DNA from: an uncultured Chloroflexia bacterium
Lineage (GTDB): Bacteria > Chloroflexota > Dehalococcoidia > UBA2979
NCBI GenBank assembly: GCA_963728205.1
Contig: CAVSIV010000001.1
Coordinates: 192,001-256,000, forward strand
Length of the DNA stretch: 64,000 nucleotides
Direction: 5' to 3'
In this document: one piece after another, positions 57,063-64,000 of the stretch
Position numbering within the stretch: the stretch's first letter is position 1
Layout of the letters: each line of letters starts with the position of its first letter
Notes under the pieces: model-generated
What the model saw: only the letters and a program-made list of their open reading frames with translations
What the model was told of the DNA's origin: nothing
Database searches by the model: none
Made by a program: the position numbers and the translations under genes

Positions 57063-57815
57063 GTGGTCGACATCACCTGGCGCGGCGATGGCGCCGTCGA
57101 CGGAGGCGTGCACGAGCGCGAGTTCGCGCTCCCCGGGGCGCGCGACACGATCACCGGCGTCCTGTGGTCGCCGGAGGGCGGCGTCCCCGCCGGCTCGCCG
57201 CTCGTGTTGCTCGGCCATGGCGGCGGCGCGCACAAGCGCGCGCCGTCGGTGGTGCCGACCGCGCGCGGCTTCGTGCTGGAGCACGGCATCCCCGCCGTCG
57301 CGATCGACGCGCCCGGCCACGGCGAGCGCGGCGGCGTCGCCGGCCGGTCGCCCGAGTACTACGCGCTGTGGGCCGACGCGCAGGTGATGACCGACAACGC
57401 GAGCGCCGACTGGTCGCTCGTGCTGACGACGCTGCTCGAGACCGGCTGGTTCGACCCGGAGCGGGTCGGCTGGTCGGGCATGTCGATGGGGTCGCTGATC
57501 GGCGTGCCGTACGTCGCGATGGAGCCGCGCATCAAGGTGGCGGCGCTCGGGCTGTGCGGCGTCGCCGGCTCGACGCCGAGCCGCGGGAGCATCGGCGGGC
57601 TGCTGGTGAACCGCGCGCCGCTCGTGCGCTGCCCGGTGATCTTCATGCTGCAGTGGAACGACGAGCGCTTCACGCGCGACGGCTCGCTGGCGCTGTTCGA
57701 CCTGCTCGGCACCCGCGACAAGCGGCTGATGGCGTTCCTCGGTGCGCACGCGGAGATGCCGGACGAGGGCCGCCGTGCGGCGCGTCGCTTCGTCGCGGAG
57801 CGGCTGAAGGGCTGA
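57063..57815 (+). CDS. Alpha/beta hydrolase (dienelactone-hydrolase-like)
   Basis: LLGHGGG, IDAPGHG, GMSMG, WNDE, GAH; GGAGG upstream. Confidence 0.85.
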   Translation: MVDITWRGDGAVDGGVHEREFALPGARDTITGVLWSPEGGVPAGSPLVLLGHGGGAHKRAPSVVPTARGFVLEHGIPAVAIDAPGHGERGGVAGRSPEYYALWADAQVMTDNASADWSLVLTTLLETGWFDPERVGWSGMSMGSLIGVPYVAMEPRIKVAALGLCGVAGSTPSRGSIGGLLVNRAPLVRCPVIFMLQWNDERFTRDGSLALFDLLGTRDKRLMAFLGAHAEMPDEGRRAARRFVAERLKG

Positions 57816-58005
57816 CCCCGGCCGGCGCCGGGGTGCCGGGACCGGTTCGCGCCCGCGGTACGATCGCTCGGTGCCGCGCACATCGCGGCCACGTGCGCCC
57901 GCTCCGAGCGGTTCTGCCACACGCCCGGTCGCGAACCGGGGCGGTGAGCCGCCCACGGGCGCCCGGAACGACGCACGACGCCCCACCCGTCGAGAGGACC
58001 CTGCC

Positions 58006-58446
58006 GTGAGCGACGCCGCCGACTACGTGACCGCCAACGCCGAGTCGCTCGAGCGGCTCCGCGCGCTCGTCGAGCGCCTGACGGAGGAGGACCTCGCGCG
58101 CCCGCTCGAGGGCGGCTGGACCGTGTCCGCGACGCTCGCGCACATGGCCTTCTGGGACCGCAGGCAGCAGTACGCGCTCGCGCGCTGGCGCCGCGACGGG
58201 CAGGAGGCGGCGGACCAGGACTCCGACGCGATCAACGACGCGCTGCTTCCGCTGGCGCTGGCGCTGCCGCTGCGAGACTGCGCCCACCTCGCGCTGACCG
58301 CTGCCGCGGCCGCCGACGCGGAGGTCGCGCGCACGCCGGTTGCGTTCGCGAAGCAGGTCGAGGACGCGGGCTTCCCCTACCTGCTGCGCCGCTCGCAGCA
58401 CCGCCTGAATCACATCGACCAGATTGCGCGCGCGTTCGATCGCTGA
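58006..58446 (+). CDS. DinB/MDMPI superfamily protein
   Basis: GWTVSATLAHMAFWD and HRLNHIDQI. Confidence 0.8.
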   Translation: MSDAADYVTANAESLERLRALVERLTEEDLARPLEGGWTVSATLAHMAFWDRRQQYALARWRRDGQEAADQDSDAINDALLPLALALPLRDCAHLALTAAAAADAEVARTPVAFAKQVEDAGFPYLLRRSQHRLNHIDQIARAFDR

Positions 58447-58500
58447 GCGCGCCCACCCCTCGAATGCGTCCTCCGCCCGGCGACTCCCGCCCGGACCCCA

Positions 58501-58591
58501 CAGCGGCGGAAGAGATGCCGCCGACAGATGCGCGGCGCAAGCCGCCCCGACGTGCGTCCGGGTTCTGTCGGCGGCATGTCTGGCGCCGCTG
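58501..58591. repeat. REP doublet / REPIN-like element, copy 4
   Basis: cagcggcggaagagatgccgccgac..gtcggcggcatgtctggcgccgctg; spacer resembles the reverse complement of copy 6. Confidence 0.85.
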
Positions 58592-58644
58592 TGGTTGCGG
58601 CCGCTCGGTAGCGTGAAGAGAAAGGCCCGACGAGGAGGTGCCGC

Positions 58645-59031
58645 ATGCCCGACGCACCGCGACGCGACGAGATGACCGTGACCGTCGACCGTCTCGTCGT
58701 GCACCTCACGGGCTACCGGAGGCTGCCGAGCGCGCGTTCCGGCATCGAGACGGTGGAGCTCGACATGGCCGTCGAGAACCCGCCCGGGTCACCCGGCTCC
58801 ACGCGGCGCCTGCCGCAGATGGAGCTGCGCGACGCCGCGGGCAGTGCGTACGACGTCATCCAGGACGACTCGCTCGCCGTCGCCGTGAAGCCGACCGAGC
58901 AGGCCGCGGGGCACCCCCGCTTCGAGGTCCCGGCCGACAGCACGGGGCTGTCCGTCGTGATCGCGCCGGGGACCGAGGGAGAAGCCGTCGTGCCGCTTGC
59001 TCCGCCCGCCGCACCGCCGCACAGCGGCTGA
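58645..59031 (+). CDS. Hypothetical protein, possible Ig-like (DUF4352-like) fold
   Basis: GAGGAGG RBS; 'VELDMAVEN..ELRDAAGSAY..VKP..FEVP' pattern. Confidence 0.55.
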   Translation: MPDAPRRDEMTVTVDRLVVHLTGYRRLPSARSGIETVELDMAVENPPGSPGSTRRLPQMELRDAAGSAYDVIQDDSLAVAVKPTEQAAGHPRFEVPADSTGLSVVIAPGTEGEAVVPLAPPAAPPHSG

Positions 59032-59066
59032 GCGCGGGCGGCGACGCGGCCGAGAGGAGCGGAGCG

Positions 59067-59363
59067 ATGACGGAAGCACGAGAGCTCGACGAGCAGCGTC
59101 TCGAGTACGAGCTGCGCGGGCTGAACGCCTGGAACGCGACCGAGCGCACGCTCGTTCGCGAGTTCGCGTTCGGCGATCGCCCGGAGGCGATGCGCTTCGT
59201 CAGGGCGGCCAGCGAGGTGGTCGGCGATCATGAGTCGTCGATCGACTTCTTCAGCCGCTTCGCGCAGGTGCGCGTGGCGATCTCCACGGAGGGCGCCGAG
59301 CGCGTGACGATGGGCGACATCGAGCTCGCGCACCGCATCGACGCGCTCGCCGGAAAGCGGTAG
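59067..59363 (+). CDS. Pterin-4a-carbinolamine dehydratase-like protein
   Basis: W..LVREFAF..AMRFV..VRVAIST..VTMGDIELAHRID fold pattern; canonical HHP motif absent. Confidence 0.65.
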   Translation: MTEARELDEQRLEYELRGLNAWNATERTLVREFAFGDRPEAMRFVRAASEVVGDHESSIDFFSRFAQVRVAISTEGAERVTMGDIELAHRIDALAGKR

Positions 59364-59389
59364 CGGCGCGTCGGCGCGCGCCGGGCGCG

Positions 59390-60916
59390 TCACTCCTCGG
59401 CGTAGATGTGCTCGGAGAGGAACGCGCGGTGTGACGCCTGTGCCTTCGCCTGCTCGGCGGCGACGCGCCGGCTCTCGTCCATGATCGCGCGCATCCGCGA
59501 CAGGTCTGCCGCCCGCGGCACGCCGATGTCCGTGAGCCGCGGGATGAAGCGGTAGCCGACGAGCAGCGTGTGCCAGCTCGTCTCCTTGAACACCGGCGCC
59601 GGCTCCGCCTCGTTGAAGCCGCGGCGATAGCGGATCAGCTTCTCCTCCAGCCCCGGCCGCATCGCATGCTCCCGGTGCTTGAGGTCGCGCCAGTATTCCG
59701 TGTCCTCGCGGTTCGTCAGCGCGTAGTGCAGCTGCAGGAAGTCGATGATCTCCGCGTACCGCTCGATCACCGCGCGGTTGTAGAGCCGGCGCGTGACGAA
59801 CGACGACTCCCGCCGGATGCCGAGCGCCCACAGCAGGTACTCGGCGCCGATCTGCGACAGCTCGATGCCGGTCGACTCCAGTGGCTCCACGAACCCCATC
59901 GCGAGCCCGATCGCGACGACGTTGCCGACCCACGCGCGCCGGTGGTGCCCGACGCGCATCTGGATGTGGTGCATCTCGACGTCGCGCACGCGCTCCTCGC
60001 CGAGGTGGCGGCGGAACTCCGCCTCGGCCTCGTCGGGCGAGCGGTACCGGCTCGCGTAGACGTAGCCGGCGCCGATCCGCGAGTGCAGCGGGATGTGCCA
60101 GGCCCAGCCCGCGTCGAGCGCCGTCGCCGTCGTGTACGGGTGCATCTCGTCGTCGGCGTCGACGTACGGCACGCGCGCGGCGATCGCGCGGTCGTTCGGC
60201 AGCACGTCGGTGCGGTCCTCGAACGCCTCGCCGAGCGCGCCCTCGATCAGCAGCGAGCGGAACCCCGTGCAGTCGACGAAGAGGTCGGCCGTGAGCTCGC
60301 CGTGACCGCGCGTGACGACCGCCTCGACGTCGCCGGCCGGGCCGACGCGCACGTCCGTGACGTCGTCGACCACGTGGCGCACGCCGAGCGGCAGCGCGAT
60401 GCGGTCGCGCAGCAGCGCGTGAAAGGCGGTCGCCTCGAGGTGGTACGTGTAGTCGGCGACGTCGCGCACGGCGTCGAAGTTCGTCTTCGACGCCTCGTTG
60501 ACGCGGTTCGCGGCGTTGCGGACGGTGTTCGGGTAGCAGAGCTCAAAGTAGGAGTCGTGCGAGAGCCCCTCGGTGAGGTGGCGGTAGACCCAGAAGTTCG
60601 TGATGTGCGGGCCGTCGACGGCATCCTGGAACGGGTGCCAGTACGCGTGTCCGACGTCGTAGAAGTCGCGGAAGCGGATGCCCTCCTTGTAGGTGGCGTT
60701 GCACGCGCGCATCCAGTCGCGCTCGGACAGCCCCATCGCCTTGAGGAAGGCCGTCATGTGGATGATGGTCGCCTCGCCGACGCCGACCGTCGGCACGGCC
60801 GCGGACTCGACGAGCGTGATCTCCAGCGCGTCGCCGAGGTGCTTCGCGAGCAGGCTCGCCGTCATCCAGCCGGACGTGCCGCCTCCGACGATCGTGACGC
60901 GGCGAATCTCGGCCAT
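59390..60916 (-). CDS. Flavin-dependent (tryptophan-type) halogenase
   Basis: GGGTSGW, GVGEAT, ATYKEGIRF (catalytic Lys), WAWHIP (WxWxIP), FVEPLESTG. Confidence 0.92.
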   Translation of the reverse strand: MAEIRRVTIVGGGTSGWMTASLLAKHLGDALEITLVESAAVPTVGVGEATIIHMTAFLKAMGLSERDWMRACNATYKEGIRFRDFYDVGHAYWHPFQDAVDGPHITNFWVYRHLTEGLSHDSYFELCYPNTVRNAANRVNEASKTNFDAVRDVADYTYHLEATAFHALLRDRIALPLGVRHVVDDVTDVRVGPAGDVEAVVTRGHGELTADLFVDCTGFRSLLIEGALGEAFEDRTDVLPNDRAIAARVPYVDADDEMHPYTTATALDAGWAWHIPLHSRIGAGYVYASRYRSPDEAEAEFRRHLGEERVRDVEMHHIQMRVGHHRRAWVGNVVAIGLAMGFVEPLESTGIELSQIGAEYLLWALGIRRESSFVTRRLYNRAVIERYAEIIDFLQLHYALTNREDTEYWRDLKHREHAMRPGLEEKLIRYRRGFNEAEPAPVFKETSWHTLLVGYRFIPRLTDIGVPRAADLSRMRAIMDESRRVAAEQAKAQASHRAFLSEHIYAEE

Positions 60917-61089
60917 GGCGAGCGGCTCCCGGCGGGGCTGGGCGACACGGTGGCGGGTCGCGGGCACCTTAGCGAACCGGGTGTGCTTTGGGAACGTGGT
61001 TCACGAATGGCGTGCACGCCCGCGGCCACGTGCCCGGTCGCCGCGCCATCGCTACGCTCCGCCGGGCATCGCTCGGAAAGGATCGGTCG

Positions 61090-61539
61090 ATGGTGCACTT
61101 CCGCTTTCACGAGAGGAACTCGCGGCTCGCCCGCCCGTTCGGCAACGACACGTTCGGCCGCGCCGCCGAGTGGTTCGCGCGGATCTTCGGCACGCCGTGG
61201 TTCCTCGCGGTGCAGACGATGCTGGTCTTCGTCTGGATCGGCGCCAACGCGTTCGCGCTGGCGCACTTCGATCCCTATCCCTTCATCCTGCTCAACCTCG
61301 CGTTCAGCACGCAGGCCGCGTACGCGGCGCCGCTGATCCTGCTCGCCGCGACGCGGCAGGCCGACCGCGACCACGCGATGTCCGACGCCGACGCGCGCCA
61401 CCGCGAGGACCTCGCGCGCACGACGCTCGAGCTGCTCGCGCAGAACACGGAGCTGACGCAGCAGGTTGCTGCGCTCGCGCAGCGGATCCGAGACCTGACG
61501 GAGGAGATCCACGGGCGGGTCGTGGCGCAGGGGGCGTAG
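61090..61539 (+). CDS. DUF1003 membrane protein
   Basis: FDPYPFILLNLAFSTQAAYAAPLIL..RQADRD. Confidence 0.92.
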   Translation: MVHFRFHERNSRLARPFGNDTFGRAAEWFARIFGTPWFLAVQTMLVFVWIGANAFALAHFDPYPFILLNLAFSTQAAYAAPLILLAATRQADRDHAMSDADARHREDLARTTLELLAQNTELTQQVAALAQRIRDLTEEIHGRVVAQGA

Positions 61540-61560
61540 ACGGCTCGCGGCCACCCCGGC

Positions 61561-61638
61561 AAGCGGCGGCAGATACGCCGCCGATTTCAACGCGGCCCGC
61601 GGGCCGCGATCACGTCGGCGGCGTGCCTGCCGCCGCTT
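61561..61638. repeat. REP doublet / REPIN-like element, copy 5
   Basis: aagcggcggcagatacgccgccga..gtcggcggcgtgcctgccgccgctt. Confidence 0.85.
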
Positions 61639-61640
61639 GC

Positions 61641-62096
61641 CTAGAACTCCAGATCCATCCACCGGTGCTCGATGCCGGCGTCGAGGAACACCTCGCCGCG
61701 TGCGACGTAGCCGAGCCGCTCGTAGAACGGGATCGCGTGGAGCTGCGCGGCGAGCGCGATGCCGCCGAGCCCGCGCCGCCGCGCCTCGTCCTGCAGTGCC
61801 TGCATCACCGCATTGCCGTAGCCGCGACGGCGCTGCTCGGCGAGCACCGCCACGCGGCCGATGTGCGGGAAGCGGTCGCCCGCGTCGAGCAGGAGGCGCG
61901 CGGTCGCAACCGGGACGCCGTCCACGCGGCCGATCACCTGGACCGCCGCCGGCACCGTCGCCGGGTCCGCGTCGTAGCCGTCGATCTCCTCGTCCTCGGC
62001 GACGCCCTGCTCGTCGATGAACACGCGGCGGCGGACGGAGAGCGCTTCCTCCATCTCGGCGGGCGTGCGGATCACGCTGACCTCGATCGTCGACAT
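61641..62096 (-). CDS. GNAT N-acetyltransferase (ElaA/YjcF-like)
   Basis: RRRVFIDEQGV, IGRVAV..RRRGYG, AQLHAIPFYERLG, FLDAGIEH. Confidence 0.9.
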   Translation of the reverse strand: MSTIEVSVIRTPAEMEEALSVRRRVFIDEQGVAEDEEIDGYDADPATVPAAVQVIGRVDGVPVATARLLLDAGDRFPHIGRVAVLAEQRRRGYGNAVMQALQDEARRRGLGGIALAAQLHAIPFYERLGYVARGEVFLDAGIEHRWMDLEF

Positions 62097-62220
62097 CGCC
62101 GGTCCCATCGCTGCGCGCGGCGTGGATCGTAGCGGACGCGCCGTCCGTATCATGCTCGCAGCCCGACCCTCGACGCACGCACGCCGTGCTGCGGCCGAGG
62201 CCGCGCAGCGAAGGAGCGCC

Positions 62221-63549
62221 ATGCCCGGCGACCCGACCGGCCCCATCGACTGGCCCGCCGTCCAGGCGGAGGCGCTCGACGTGCTCGTGCGCTACCTCCG
62301 CATCGACACCTCGAACCCGCCCGGCCGCGAGGCGCCGGCGGCGCGCTTCCTCGGCGCGCTGCTCGAGGCCGAGGGCATCCCCTGCGAGTACATCGCGATC
62401 GCGCCCGAGCGCGAGGCCGTGATCGCGCGCATTGCCGGCGACGGGTCGCGCCCCGCGCTGATGCTCGCGAACCACACCGACGTGGTCCCGGTGGAGGCCG
62501 ACTACTGGGACGTGCCGCCGTTCGGCGGCGTCGTGCGTCACGGCCGCATCTACGGCCGCGGCGCGATCGACATGAAGGGCACCGGCGTGATGCAGCTCTT
62601 CGCGATGCTGCTCGCGCGCCGGGGTCGGCTGCCGCTGCGTCGCGACCTCGTGTTCGTCGCGGTGCCCGACGAGGAGGTGGGCAGCGACCTCGGCATGGCG
62701 TGGCTCGTGCGCGAGCGTCCCGACCTCTTCGCCGGCGTCGACTTCGCGTTGAACGAGGGCGGCAGCGGCCTGGCCGACTTCGGCGGCGAGGACGCGCGCC
62801 TGTTCGCAATCGCGGTGAGTGAGAAGGAGATGTGCCCGCTGCGCATCACGACGGTCGGCACGCCCGGCCACGGCAGCCGCCCGCACGCCGACAACTCCGC
62901 GGTGCGGCTCGCCGAGACGCTGGCGAAGCTCGCGCGCTGGGAGCGCCCGCTGCGCCTCGGCCCCGAGGCCGCCGACTTCCTCGCGCGCCTGCACGCCGGC
63001 GGGCTCGTCGCGTCGCCCGACGACCGTTCCGCGGTCGAGCGCCTGCTGCGCGCGAGCCCGGACACGCAGGCGACGTTCCAGGACACGCTGAACGTGACGA
63101 TGCTCACCGCCGGCATCAAGTCGAACGTGATCCCCGCGAAGAGCGAGGCCATCGTCGACTGCCGCCTCGCGCCGGGGCAGACGCCCGAGGCGTGGCGCGA
63201 CGCCGTGACGGCCTACATCGACGACCCGCGCGTGCGGGTCGACTTCATGTACGCGCGCGAGCGGGCGCGCCCCGCGGTATCGCCGTGGGACACGGAGCTG
63301 GGTCGCGTGATCGAGGCGGTGGTGCGCGAGGCGTTCGAGGACGCGGTCGTCGCCCCTGCCGTCGCGACGGTCGGCACCGACAACCGCTTCCTGCGCCCGC
63401 TCGGCATCCCGTCGTACGGCTTCATCCCGTGCCTGCTCAGCCAGGCCGAGCGCGACGGCTTCCACGCGAACAACGAGTTCCTGACGGTCGACAACCTGAA
63501 CATGGGGCTCGAGCTGATGTACGAGGTCGTGCGGCGGGCCTGCACCTAA
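62221..63549 (+). CDS. M20/M25/M40 metallopeptidase
   Basis: NHTDVVP, GRGAIDMKG, DEEVG, NEGG, GHGS, GTD, HANNE. Confidence 0.92.
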   Translation: MPGDPTGPIDWPAVQAEALDVLVRYLRIDTSNPPGREAPAARFLGALLEAEGIPCEYIAIAPEREAVIARIAGDGSRPALMLANHTDVVPVEADYWDVPPFGGVVRHGRIYGRGAIDMKGTGVMQLFAMLLARRGRLPLRRDLVFVAVPDEEVGSDLGMAWLVRERPDLFAGVDFALNEGGSGLADFGGEDARLFAIAVSEKEMCPLRITTVGTPGHGSRPHADNSAVRLAETLAKLARWERPLRLGPEAADFLARLHAGGLVASPDDRSAVERLLRASPDTQATFQDTLNVTMLTAGIKSNVIPAKSEAIVDCRLAPGQTPEAWRDAVTAYIDDPRVRVDFMYARERARPAVSPWDTELGRVIEAVVREAFEDAVVAPAVATVGTDNRFLRPLGIPSYGFIPCLLSQAERDGFHANNEFLTVDNLNMGLELMYEVVRRACT

Positions 63550-63638
63550 GCGGCGGCAGACATGCCGCCGACAGGACCCGGACACGTGTCCGGGCGGCTT
63601 GCACCGCGCATCTGTCGGCGGCATGTCTGCCGCCGCTT
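63548..63638. repeat. REP doublet / REPIN-like element, copy 6
   Basis: aagcggcggcagacatgccgccgac..gtcggcggcatgtctgccgccgctt (perfect inverted arms). Confidence 0.88.
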
Positions 63639-63678
63639 TGGTTGCCCTGGGACCATCGCGCGGCTCCCCACCCGTCGT

Positions 63679-64000
63679 CTACGCCTCCCCGAACCGCTCC
63701 CACAACTCGCAATCCCACTCCACGCGCGCGGCGGCGTACGCGGCGAACTGCATCGTCTCGCCCGAGCCGATGGTCGCGTAGCCGTCGGTCACCCACAGCC
63801 CCATGTGCTCCGGCCGGCGGTTCGACGGCATGCGGTGGGCGACGACGCGCTCCTCCTTCGGCGGCCGGTAGCGCACCATGCGCCCGCCGACGAACGGACA
63901 TGCGAAGAACGCGTAGCGCGCGCATTCGAGGTGCATCGGCCCGTCGCGGAAGATGCCGGTGTTCATCGAGAGCACGCCGCCCGCGAACGCGATCTCGCGC
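63679..64000 (-). CDS. Hypothetical protein, 5'-truncated by window, with H-x-x-C/CPF motif
   Basis: Open frame runs off the window end; DGPMHLECARYAFFACPF. Confidence 0.55.
   Translation of the reverse strand, partial: REIAFAGGVLSMNTGIFRDGPMHLECARYAFFACPFVGGRMVRYRPPKEERVVAHRMPSNRRPEHMGLWVTDGYATIGSGETMQFAAYAAARVEWDCELWERFGEA

Noticed and set aside
54191-64000. Prophage or integrative element at tRNA-Arg
   Set aside because: No integrase, phage genes or repeated tRNA 3' end found in the window

Overview
This is a very GC-rich bacterial chromosomal segment. The gene repertoire suggests Chloroflexota, probably Dehalococcoidia-like (inference). It carries, in order: a metal-uptake block (cbiQO, PCuAC, Sco, Zn/Mn ABC system with putative Fur/Zur operators), SOS-boxed mrfAB, two two-component systems, a gcvT-H-PA-PB operon, split MprF, NhaP/KimA/ClC ion transporters, GH15 and zwf, two peptide-type ABC cassettes without ATPases, DUF2207/LemA, topoisomerase IB, tRNA-Arg(UCU), VIT1, a UbiB kinase and an orphan flavin-dependent halogenase. 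The strongest signal is an OsmC/Ohr-fold gene with an in-frame UGA at the catalytic Cys position, followed by a SECIS-like hairpin. It sits directly at the head of the glycine-cleavage operon, suggesting a selenoprotein peroxidase recycled by lipoyl-GcvH. Also notable are a MIRU-like 29-bp repeat that forms a relay of overlapping mini-ORFs between a response regulator and its kinase, and a six-copy REPIN/MITE-like palindromic element family. Several genes carry single-base frameshifts that may be sequencing errors.
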